Shown piece after piece: positions 52,454 to 64,000 of a DNA stretch of 64,000 nt. Source of the DNA: Lingula anatina (Eukaryota > Animalia > Brachiopoda). Below the pieces are notes generated by a model that was not told where the DNA came from, searched no databases, and worked only from the letters and a program-made list of their open reading frames with translations. Both the position numbers and the translations under genes were made by a program. Where the stretch lies: positions 25,172,001-25,236,000 of the forward strand of contig CM120642.1 of assembly GCA_051362555.1 (NCBI GenBank), given 5' to 3'. The first letter of the stretch is position 1; each line of letters begins with the position of its first letter.

Positions 52454-52997
52454 GGAAATGGTTTAGGCGGTACACAAACATTACCATCTGTCATTCTTTC
52501 ATATGTAAACCATTAAATATATATATATTTTTTTTTATGTATCAGCTATTGGAATGTATTAGGTAGACCAAAATCACAATTTCACGCTTTTGTTTAATTC
52601 CTTATTACCTATTTTTCTCGTATATGTTTTTTAAAAAGTTTACTCTGTGTTTCATAATCTGAGGCAAATACAACTTGTCGGTTATCTGTGACTAAACAAA
52701 AAGAACAGCAATCCATAATTCCAAGAAATATTCAATTGAAATTCTCAATTCTCAATTGAAATTCACAACAGCTGAGCCTTCAAATGAGGTCCTTCAGCAC
52801 TTTAAGAGTACTACATGTGTTTATACAAGTACATATAATTTATTTACCAGCAGTAGGTAATAGTTCTATCATGCACGTTTCAATGACGGTCCTTCTTCAA
52901 ACAGCAGACGTATTGATCGCCTTGGATCAGTTTTCCGCGGTACGTGAGGAGAATTCCAGGAATTTCTTGCCGAGATGGACAAGTACACTGCACAGTG

Positions 52998-55280
52998 ATG
53001 GGGGCACGGGAACGCAAAACGTATTTCTTCTTCAACGTAATTTTGTTGCTTCATATCGTTTTGGTGTGTTCAAAAATATCTGAAGGAAAATATCGCGTCA
53101 CCAAAAATGCTCGTTTTGATGCAATGAATATTATCGACACCCCAAAATCACGGTCAATGACGGAGTGCTCTGGAAAATGTAGCCGGGCGTCGGGTTGCTA
53201 CGGAGTAAACTTTAATTCGGTCACCCTAGTGTGTGAACTGCACAGTAAGCTGGGGTCGTATTATAGTGGACAGGATTTGCCGCCGTGGTCAAATGGAGGT
53301 GGGTGGTGTTTTTTGTTTATTTTTCTTTTTTAAGATAAAAAAAATTAGGTATTGCTTTTGTCGAGAAGAAATGTTCTTATTATTCATGCTTTAACCGTTC
53401 AAAAAAGGCTTATTGCTCTTTTTTGTGATAAAAACATGAAATTTGATCACAATGCTTAAAATGGCGATGCTAGCATATTTTAATATGGAACCAGCACCTA
53501 CTGTCACCCTGTGGCTTTTTTGTTCTAGTATGACCGTCAAAAGAAGATCTGACAATGTTAATTGCCTTAAATGAATTCAGTATTTCACATATAAATGATT
53601 TACTGGCATACATATGTAAGTAATGTGTCAAATATGGAAACACCACTAAGTCAGTGATACTATGTAAACATCTAATATGGCTGTATTTTCAAGATGGCGC
53701 CTAATTTGACACAACTAAAGTTCATAATAAGTTTGTTTAACTTAATTTTTGTGGGAGATAAAAGCATAAACATGGCACAATCACATGATATGAAGATACC
53801 GTAAATTTGGATATGGAACCCACAGCTTTGAACCACAGGCAACTTTTTTCAATATGGCCGCCAAAACATACTTAACCACTGGGTCCATATCCACAAATGA
53901 TAGTATCGGCATCTCAAGCAATCTGGCCAAGCGTCGTGTTCTGATCACAAAAATGAATAATTTTGGTTAATAATAGGCGGGCTATGGAAAGAAGTGGTAC
54001 TGGAAACATGTATGCCTGTACTGAATCTTTATGCAATGATAAAGACAAATCGTTCAAGTTAAAATATCAAACTTTTGTTGACTCTGCGCATAAGCCAGCT
54101 CACTTATAAAACTTTTACTTTTATATGAAAAGTACAAATTTGCACAGCGCGCGCTTGCACTCAAAGTTTAAACAAATTTTAGCGTTTTTCCCGACTCAGA
54201 AGTCTCACAAGTAACGTGATTCGGCGTTAGGCAATTTATGTCCATGTATTATGGTAAAATTCATATATACAGTGTATGGTGACTCTTCCTTTTCTTTTGC
54301 AGTCCGTGAAATATGCGAAGTGTCTTTCGGACCATATGGTATCCTTGACTATGACATTTTTAGTGACATTGATGACGCATACAAAGGTCACATTACGGGG
54401 TTTGATGTCCGACATGGTCACTCAGTAGACAGGTGAGTAGAGCAAGCCTACCATAAGCATATATTTTATTTTTCTGATTTAATATTTGATATGAATATCC
54501 GTGATATGTGCTGAAACAGTCATTATGATCGGGCAATTACTTTACATGACGTAATGCGTTATCAGTCTACATGCACCCTACATCCTGAGAACTCAATATT
54601 TTTACCTCCGCCAAGGAGGTTATGTCTTTAGTTCCGTTAGTTTGTCTGTCTCTCTATATATCTGTCTGTCTGTCTGTCTGACTGTCTGTCTGTTAGCAAC
54701 ATTACAGAAAAAGTTACGGATCGATTTTGATGAGATTTTCAGGAACTGTCAGAAGTGGGCCAAGGAACAGATTATTAGTTTTTGTGGTGATCCAGATCAT
54801 TAATCAATCAATAGTCAATAATCAAAAATAAAAAAGACTAAATCCTTATAGAATGAAAATTTAGGGGTGAAACGGCATTGGGTGGAGACTTTGCTGCCTT
54901 GGCGGAGGTCTGCGCTCTCGGAGTGCTTTTTTAGTTTTTAAAGTTTAAAATGCCCATCATCGTATTTGTATTTGTATTTTAGTATTCGTTTTGTATACGG
55001 AGGAGTCCCAGCGTCGGTACATGGGGGGATTGGAGGGGGTCTCACCAGCGTCGATTTATTAACTACCGAGTACATCCATACAGTGAGGGTAACCTTAACG
55101 GATCGTGATCATCTCTCAAGTATCACCTTAATGACGAACAAAGCAGCTTACGGACCTTACGGCATTGAGAAGTCAAATTCGTACGAAGTGAGTCACGGCG
55201 GACGCCCACTGCGGTACGTCTCGGGAAGAAACGAATCCCTTGTTAGTGCTTTAAGTTTGCATTTTGAGGATTGTTTTTGA
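52998..55280 (+). CDS. Secreted PAN/apple + jacalin-like (beta-prism) lectin, copy 1
   Basis: Exons 52998-53298 (signal peptide; SMTECSGKCSRASGCYGVNF..CEL, PAN pattern), 54303-54432 (FGPYG..FSD..ITGFDVRHGHSVD), 54983-55280 (HGGIGG..EYI..LSSITLMTNK..YGPYG..LRYVSGR..LSLHF, jacalin/ZG16-like). Confidence 0.85.
53390..53985. mobile_element. Degenerate MITE-like element in intron 1 of lectin copy 1
   Basis: Weak inverted termini (TTTTGTGATAAAAACATGAAATTTG..ATGCTT vs AAGCAATCTGGCCAAGCGTCGTGTTCTGATCACAAAA) and repeated internal A(A/G/T)ATGGC(G) motifs. Confidence 0.45.
54600..54932 (+). mobile_element. Helentron-associated (HINE/DINE-1-like) non-autonomous element
   Basis: Subterminal inverted repeats CCTCCGCCAAGG (54605) / CCTTGGCGGAGG (54897), (GTCT)n microsatellite near the 5' end, short 3' hairpin GCGCTC-TCG-GAGTGC, T-runs at both ends. 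Confidence 0.75.
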
Positions 55281-57127
55281 GAACGGAGACTTCTTTCAGG
55301 GCTTAATGTATTTACGTTGAATTTGTTCTCACCTGTATACGCAAACAAGTTCAGAATCATAGTTTGTCAATTTATTTTCAGAAAAACATTAAATAAATAG
55401 CACGGATCGGTATAAATCATAAGGGAAAAGGTAGTAATTTTTTTTAGTTTAGATTACGCTTTTGAAGTCTCGTCTTGAATTACAAAGAAACCGACGATTA
55501 AGAGAACAAAAAGATAGCGAAACTTGGGAGTTTACTTTTAAGTTTTAATTCAAATATGTCCGTTTCTTTTTTTCATGAAAGGAGTAAGCAAGCGCATCTA
55601 TTTTGCAAAATATAAAATCACAATTAAATTCCTGTGTCAGCGTTTTCTTCTTCTTATCTTTTTATTTGGATTAAAACGTTTGGTACTTATGCAGTGTATT
55701 CCATAATATAACACTGCTTTTTTTCTGAATTCGGTTACATGGTACCTTTTTACAATGTCTCTATTTTTCTAAAAAAAATGAGTTTTGCAATTTTTTTACC
55801 AACTATTCATTGTCCCCCCTGAAATTATCTCATCACATTTAAGTGGACCAGATTTTTTTTTATGTAAAAACATAAGTTAAAAAAATGCAAACTCAGTTTT
55901 TCAGAATATGATTAGGAAAAAAGGCGAAAATCATAGACTTGCATATTTGAAGCATACTGTATATACATGTTTACCAAGTATTTATATGATTTGTACTGTT
56001 CATTATATAACCGTTTCTGGTAACCCTATACCTTGCACTTAAAGCTACACTTGAGGAGTTAAAGTGGTAATGATCACCTGCGTTTCATCGGTATTTTCTC
56101 ACATAAATCTTTATTGGAATATGTCAAAATCCACAACAACACAGCATGTATTCTCAACAATAGAAATTTACTGCCATCGGTTGACGGTGAATATCAACCA
56201 TCTTCTGAATAATTCAACTACCGCCTATCTATATTGACATAATGTCTCACCCTGATTGAAGCCTCATATTTTAAGTATGAAACTAATTTTCTTGGAAAAT
56301 AATTATCAGATTTAATTCTAGGAAAGCATGGCAAACCCAAGAGGAGTTCCGAAATTTGATAAATTAAAAGGTCCATGCTGTCCGGCCTGTCTACATGTAC
56401 CTTGGACATACGATTTTAAACGACTCGGCGTCTTCGCGGTGGCAAAAGCATCCTGTTTTTGCCCAACTGCCTTATTTCCAACAAAATTGTAAATATGTTA
56501 CCCGAGAAAACAGTAAACAGTGTACTATTCTTCTTGCACAAAACATGGCAATTTATAAATACACAAGAGAGGTGGTATAATTCTTTCAGACAAAGACAAG
56601 TGTAACCTCTTTGACTCATAAACAAGACCAACTATTGTCAGATGAAGACATTGTATTATTGGTTGAACTGAAACACTGGTTTCGTTGTTATTACCATATT
56701 TGACAACAGAGTTGCGTTGTTTACTCATTGACTACCTATTGCATTATTTTTGATAAAATTTAAAGATGAAAAACTAAACAAAATCACCGACTCTAACTTG
56801 GCTGCAATTATTTCCTCACTTAGCGTAGCTCATTACATGTAATTTGTTGCGATGCCATTGTGTCAATACAAACGGTGTATGGCACGAGGTTGGCGTTTTG
56901 CATTATCTATTGTATTAAACGAATCAATATGCTCTCCATTAAATAATTTAGATTTTAATTGGGGTAAAAGCATTCATTTTATCTAAAAAAAGAAAGATTG
57001 TACATTACTCACATTGACTGTTTGAAGGACAGTGACATGGATGAGAAGTTATAAATGGTAATTTAATACCGGTTTACGTGCATCGCTGCTTGCAGAATTA
57101 TACAAGCATAAGAAAATATCGCTCAGA

Positions 57128-57130
<3 letters not shown>

Positions 57131-57185
<55 letters not shown>

Positions 57186-60025
57186 GATTTATTTTTAGTC
57201 TAAAATCCATTATAACATGTTCAGAAGACTTTACATATACATAAAACAATTACTTAAGAAATCAATCATTAGGAATAGATAAAAGAAAAATTACAGAACT
57301 TAACGACAAAAAAATTAATAGATAAATAAAATAAAATAAAAATAAGAGTATTCTAGATAAAACATACGGATTCTCACATAAAAGCACTTACAGTACATAA
57401 CTAAAATATGTTTCTTAAGAGAAAGTAATCAATTCTAGATAAAAAAAACAGCCTTTTTGCACACAGAAAGGATTATAGGTAGAGCAGCCTTATTTCTTAT
57501 AGTGCAAAATTGCAATTTCTACAAAATTTGTAAAATCGATTTAAAAGTCGATTAATCAAAAAATTTCCTGAATAGGTATGTCTTCAATTCTTTTTTTAAA
57601 TGTTTGGTAGACTCAATTGATTGGATTTCCAGTAGTAATAAATTCCATTCCTTTGGACCTGCTGATTTAAAAGAAATGTCACCATAAGTTTTTAGGCGCA
57701 TTTTTACCGGCTTAAATAGCAATTTGTCTACAGACCGCAGGTTTTTTGCTGGAGCATAGTGAGTGAGTAATTCATTTTAAGTAGATCGGTGCAACTTTGT
57801 AAAAAGCATCATGGACAAAGACTAGAAATTTAAATAAAATCTTGGCTTCCAGAGGTAGCCAATGTAACTCTTTTAAAACTAGGGTGATATTGTAACTCAT
57901 GGATGTACGGGTTAACAATAGAGCTGAGATGTTCTGAATACGCTTTTTTTAAAATCTGTTTTTTTTTATTATTATTATTATTTTTCTTTCTTTCTTAATT
58001 TTTTTTTTTTTTAATTTTTTTTTTTTATTATTATTATTTATTTTTTTTTTTGGACAACCATATAAAATAGAATTACAATAATCCAATCTAGATGTTACTA
58101 AACAATTTGTAACTGTAGCCGCAGCAGAGTCAGATAGGTGATTACGAATTGCGCCTACAGTCCCGCCAGAAAGTCCCCATAACAAAAGGTCGCATGGTCT
58201 CCCAACACTGCCCCGTATGGTCGAACAATAGAGGCCGCATGATAATTTCAGGGTAGGGGAACCGGCAAGTAATCCTTATCGGACACCCAAATAACGTGAA
58301 GGTATTGTTTTCTGATTTCATTGTTTGTTCTCTGTTGTCGCGACTCTGTGGTTGCGTGCGACGTTGTATATGTGCGCACGCTTGTTTTTACGTCGCTTAT
58401 TCTTCTTTGTTACGTTAAAATGATACATACGTTACCGATACATACGTTACCATAAAGCGTGTAAATATTTATTCTATTTTCATTGGTTTTCTATCGCTTT
58501 GTGGGCCAACACTTACGTAATTTACATGTGTTTCATTAAAATAGTGTTGGCGCACTAAAGGAAAGACAACCAATGAAAATAGAATAAAAAATATTTACAC
58601 GCTTTATGGTAACGTATGTATCATTTTAACGTAACAAAGAAGAATGAGCGTCGTAATAACATGCGTGCGCACATATACAACGTCCCACGCAACCACAGAG
58701 TCGCGACAACAGAGAACAAACATTGAAATCAGAAAACAATACCTTCACGTTATTTGCGACGTTGTATATGTGCGCACGCTTGTTTTACGTCGCTTATTCT
58801 TCTTTGTTACGCTAAAATGATACATACGTTACCGATACATACGTTACCATGAAGCGTGTAAATATTTATTCTATTTTCATTGGTTTTCTATCGCTTTGTG
58901 GGCCAACATTTACGTAATTTACATGTGTTTCATTAAAATAGTGTTGGCGCACTAAAGGAAAGACAACCAATGAAAATAGAATAAAAAATATTTACACGCT
59001 TTATGGTAACATATGTATCATTTTAACGTAACAAAGAAGAATGAGGGACGTAATAACATGCGTGCGCACATATACAACGTCGCACGCAACCACAGAGTCG
59101 CGACAACAGAGAACAAACAATGAAATCAGAAAACAATACCTTCACATTATTTGGTAACGTATGTATCGGTGACGTATGTATCATATAAACAATTTCAACA
59201 AACGGTTTCAAGACAAGTAATCTTTACTTGCCCTGCATTTCCGTCTTATTGTAATGTTGTATATCGTAAGAATAAGGCGGACAACAAACAATAAAAAATA
59301 AAAGTATTTACACGCCACATGGTAACTATTTTCATTGGTTGTCTTTCGTTTTGTGCGCCAACACTTATGTCTTAATGTTACATTAAAAGGAAAGAAAACG
59401 AGACAAATATCATTTCTTGCCTTTAACTATCTGTGAAAATTGTTCATATGATACATACCTTACCGATATGTACATAGCCAAATAATATGAAAGTGTTCTT
59501 TTCTGATTCCATTGATTGTTTTCTGTTGTCACGGCTTTGTTAGTGCGTGCGACTTTGTATATGTGTGCACGTTTGTACGCCGTTCATTCTGTTTGTTACG
59601 TTAATACGATACATACGTTACCGATACATACGTAGCCATGAAGCGTGTAAATATTTATTTATTCTATTTTCATTGGTTGTCTTTCGTTTTATGGATGAGA
59701 TGACAATGTTATTTCCATGGTTACCGCGCCAGGCCGTATGGACAACCCGCAGCGACCCGTAGAGTAAGTAAGGGGACTTTCTGGCGGGTCTGTATGTTCC
59801 TAATGTTATATACTGCTGACTTACATATGCTAGCAATTTGTTTATTCATAGAAAGTGTTCTATCTAAAAAAACACCAAGATTCTTAGCATGGGACGTTGG
59901 CTTAATGATACTGGATCCAATTTTGAGGTCAATTTTTTTCTGATATTTTCTGATTATGTGGCTGGGTTACAACTAAAAGTTCAGATTTCCCATCATTGAT
60001 TTTCAACTTATTTCTTATCAATCAC
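57131..60025 (-). mobile_element. 5'-truncated, decayed L2/CR1-clade LINE (ORF2 C-terminal region), interrupted by insertions
   Basis: Minus-strand peptides NKLKINDGKSELL, AKNLGVFLDRTLSM..ICKSAVYNIRNI|GAIRNHL..LVTSRLDYCNSILYG, KRIQN, ITLVLKELHWLP, FKKELKTYLF match the post-RT motifs of L2/CR1-clade ORF2. The (AAT)n at 57131-57184 is a possible microsatellite tail. Confidence 0.85.
58158..59792. mobile_element. Non-autonomous Tc1/mariner-type element with internal nested inverted repeats
   Basis: TIRs CAGTCCCGCCAGAAAGTCCCC / GGGGACTTTCTGGCGGGTCTG with TA duplication at 58156-57 and 59793-94. Removing it restores the LINE reading IRNIGAIRN. Confidence 0.92.
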
Positions 60026-62326
60026 CCTCGTGTCGCATGTATGTCAAGACTAATGTTTAGAAATCAACAAACAAGCAGGACTCGAATATTTTTTAAATAG
60101 ATTAACAATTGCTGTGCACATTGTGAAACAAATAAATCGCTTTAAAGATTTCAGATAAAAATTTGGCGATTATGTGTTTATGTGAATGTAGCATAATCAC
60201 CATGATGAATTCATTGTGGTTAGGAACATTTTACTGTTAAAATGATAGTGCTTGCTTCTGCTTTAAGTACGTATTTTGTGTAAGGCGTTTTAAAATTCAA
60301 GGCAAGATAGGAAGTTATATGACGGTTTGGAAAGGTTTTTATGAACTGCAAGCAAATAATTCCAAAATAATACCAATTTACAAAATTACAAAATATATTT
60401 TAAAAAATATACATGTAGAAAAAAGAAAAAACACACTTATTTTCGTTCTGTATAATACTTGACTGCATAAAATGCAAAAGGTGCTCTTAATCAGAATTTA
60501 TTGAAATAACATAACATCTTACAGGTATACATGTGTATAGGTTACCAGAGAACCATGCCATTCGTAAACAATTAGCTTTCAATCAAATTGATTGTTAGTG
60601 ATGACGACAGAAATGCAATCAGACAAAAACGATTTATGTAGCCAGATGTTAACAAGCACAACGAAGTTCAGTTTTTGCTCAAAATAAAACAAGAAATAAG
60701 TCCATATGACTGACATTGTCATTTATTAAAATGACGAAATGTAAAATGATACTAGGTTACAAGATGGGGGATAGCAACAACATAAAACTGAAGGATCACA
60801 CATACATCCCCCATACAATGGAGCAAAAAAATGCACAAACATTCCCTCAAACGCTGGTGCTGAACAGGAGGCAGAATAGAAGACAAAAGTATGCCCAAAA
60901 AAATTCAGACATCAGCAAAACAGGTATCGTTGAGGCATGGAGTAAATCATCCAAAAGGATTAAAATTAGATGAGTGATGTCCATATGAACTCGCAGCCTC
61001 CAGGTAGAAAGACTGAACGCCATTATTAAAATTTAATAAAATTATAAAGTTAGTGAGCTTTAAGTGTAGCTGATAAAACACTTCAAGTGTACTATAATCA
61101 CTGCACTTAGCCACAGTTAAAAACTGACTGGCTTGCACCAAATCCAGTATTTCCATGTCTTTGTCCACTAGATGTGCGTGCGTAGACACAGCCCATGTCA
61201 CCTGTTACACTCTGTTCTTAGTCTAAAAACATAGACACCCTAAACTAAAACTATCTCCTATTACCCTGCCATTTCCTCCATAAACACAATTATTTACAAT
61301 AATTGTTGCTTCCGCGACAAAGCTAAACGGACAGAATAAAAGAACAAACCTTACAAATTAGCAACCCAATAGGTAAAACTACCCCAGTTTGCATTTTGTA
61401 AGATCAATTATTTCTTTTACGTGTCTAAAGTCAAACGTCGGCTGTACAGCACTTGATATCAATTTGTTCTTGTACGCAAATAATGCATGATCTCCTTCAC
61501 GTAAATTCCAATAATCTGCATTTGAAGTGACAATATGGATGATGCTGATAACAACGCTGATGGTGATTAATGATGAATGTGTATATGGCTGTGTCGGGAT
61601 GTTGAAGACTGTCAGAAAATACCTGGATCCGCTCCTGCAATTTGATGAAAATAAACGTAAGGAGTGCATGTCATGAGTTATCTGTCATGTGGTTTATCAT
61701 ATCAGTGCACACCATGTTTTAACGGACCAAATATATTGTTTGCCCAGTTTGGTGAAATATTAAACGTGTTTGCAGTGCTTTTGGCTGAAATAAATTATTT
61801 TCCAGGCAACGTTGGGGATTATCTTTTCAAAGTATGTCAAATGTTCGGCTTGTTCTGGAAAAAGAATATCCTTTGCAATATTTTAATATGATGGTTCATT
61901 TTGTGCATTTGTATGGTTATTATGCCCATAATGGCAAATGTGTAGAATTGTTATCAATGGAGGATAAGGAAAAGGAAAATCCCATTCTATAGGAAGATAA
62001 AAAAAATATCAATCTCAAACTCAATGGACGTTTCTCTAAACACGCTGTAAATATATTTAAAAAAATAAAATATTCCTAATTATTCATGTTACAGGTTAAT
62101 TCTGACTTAATATGTTGGCCTCACAGTCGATGGTTTTCCAAAATGGGACGCTGAAGTGATTGATCTTCTCATTATAAAATGCACACCCCGATCTGGTGAG
62201 CCTGTCCTTTCTTTCATACCTGCAATAAGTTATTGATGACCAAAGCTGAATGACAAATATACTGCCACGCTATAATGCCTCCTCTCTCGTCCTCTCAGTG
62301 CCACCCTTTACAATACTTATGTTATA

Positions 62327-62738
62327 ATTCTCCGACAAGGAGTCGACGTTGTGTTTTTGTTACCGTTAGTTTTTGGGTTTGTCTGTGGAGAGTGTCAGGC
62401 CCCAAAAACGGAGTGGACAGATTTTGCTGAAATTTTCAGAAAAAAGTCACTATTGGTCAAGGACGAAATGATTAGATTTAAGCAATGAACCATTAATCAA
62501 TTAGATGATTTATTAATCAGTAAATAAAGATATAAATTATTTATATATTTTTAATATATTTTATATTATAAGTAATTGATAAATTTAGTGTGTACAGATT
62601 TCGATCAAATTTTAAGGGTAGGTCAGAAATGGGGCAAAGGATAAATGATTAGATTCTGGCGATGATCCATCAATTAATTAACGGTTAATTATTAGTTTAT
62701 TATTTGTCTTGGAAGATGTGCTTTCTGAGTGCTTTTCT
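62327..62738 (+). mobile_element. Degenerate second copy of the HINE-like element
   Basis: CTCCGACAAGGAG..CCGTTAGTTT..GATTTTGCTGAAATTTTCAG..GATTAGATTCTGGCGATGATCCA..GAGTGCTTTT parallels 54600-54932. Confidence 0.6.
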
Positions 62739-63107
62739 GGTACATTACAACAGTTGCTTACCGCCTCCCTGTGTTACATGTACCATCCGGTCTGATCAAG
62801 TACCACTATACTTTTCAAGTCTCACTGCTTCCGATAACGATGTACTCAGTAAACACTTAAAAAAAACTATCAAATCAAGTAATTCATTGTCCCTATCCAA
62901 TTATTCTTTTTTACTGGATTCTTGAATACATGGTTGGCTAACTGCTTTAAGCTGTGCCATTCATCGTTGTGCATCTGATTCACAGGATATTATTGGCCAG
63001 TAACAACGCAGCTCATTATCAGTCACAAACGCCACCATAAATAAAACAACGCTTACAGAGAGCATTTCTATCATTTTGTTACTGACGCACAACCACACAC
63101 TTCTAAC

Positions 63108-63894
63108 ATGAGAGAACAAAAAGGCAAGATGACCCCCGTTTTACTTCTGGCAATCCTTGAGCTTAATACCGGTTTGGCCTGTTCCAGAACGTCTGAAGGA
63201 AGGTATCATGTCACCAAAAATTCTCGATTTGACGGAACTATTATGAAAAAACTTACCTCATGGTCAATGACGCAGTGCACTGTGAGGTGTAGTGGAACGC
63301 CGGACTGCTACGGAGTGAACTTTAATTCTGCCTCCCACGAATGTGAACTTTATAGTAATGTGGGACCGCACAATCTCGAAGGTGGTTTATCTACGTGGTC
63401 AAATGGAGGTACGTTTTTCTTCTTGTTCTTTCCTTATTTCTTTTATTTAGTATTTTGTTTGGGTGACAAATTCCCATCTAGTGAAAAAACATGCTTAAGA
63501 ATGAAAGGTGTCCTTTTTACTGTGCCATAGTTATAACAAGTTTAAAAAAACCCTATAAATCAAAAAACAGATATGCGTGGCGCATTTGCTTGAAAATAAT
63601 TAAATAAATACATTTTGCATCTGTTTTTCATCTTCTTGAAATTCTAAAAGTCATAGGAGAAATTCTTTTTTAAAGAAGCATAGAAAGTAGGCACATTGGT
63701 AATAAAGATTGAATTTGCTTTTTATAGGATGATATTTCAGTTTTTCTTCATTTTCTTGTAGTCCGAGAAATATGCGATGTGCCTTACGGACCTTTCGGCG
63801 GTGCTGGTGGTAACAGGTTCAGTGACCTTGATTACGCGTACAAAGGTCACATTACCGGGTTTGATCTCCAATTTGGTCATGATGGTATATATAG
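63108..63894 (+). CDS. Secreted PAN/apple + jacalin-like lectin, copy 2 (3'-partial)
   Basis: Exons 63108-63408 and 63762-63894 (YGPFGGAGGNRFSDLD.AYKGHITGFD) are clearly paralogous to 52998-54432 with the same intron positions. The last exon is beyond the window. Confidence 0.85.
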
Positions 63895-64000
63895 GTGAGT
63901 TGAGTAAGCCTACCATATATTGATGAATTTCGTTTTCAGATTATTCATTCTATGAAGATGGACATGAAATGTGCAAAAACTAGTGTTGAGTTTTCAGAAT

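Noticed and set aside
58288-59185. Repeated units that might suggest a CRISPR-like array
   Set aside because: Eukaryotic context, long alternating inverted units, no unique spacers and no cas genes.
60716-61201. Short ORFs in the intergenic region before lectin copy 2
   Set aside because: No recognisable motif or consistent splice pattern; may be decayed transposon sequence but unsupported.

Overview
This is AT-rich, intron-containing animal (invertebrate, probably lophotrochozoan/mollusc-like; inference) genomic DNA, so most ORF-track entries are exon fragments or noise. I rebuilt eight spliced genes by hand from GT-AG boundaries and codon phase. (1) 3' part of a type I membrane protein with HYR-like, EGF-like and mucin-like regions (+). 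(2) SRA1 (-), head-to-head with (3) STIM (+), whose C-terminal tail has candidate cassette exons. Then a co-oriented + strand run of secreted or surface proteins: (4) vWA-mucin-TM, (5) WSC-Sushi-WSC, (6) a double-fasciclin protein with a His/Gly/Tyr/Arg-rich N-terminus, and (7,8) two tandem PAN/apple-jacalin lectin paralogs. Mobile DNA includes several palindromic MITEs, Helentron-associated (HINE/DINE-like) elements, and an L2/CR1-clade LINE fragment cleanly interrupted by a TA-flanked element built of nested inverted repeats. CpG depletion switches visibly at about 38 kb. All calls are by eye; no database search was run.
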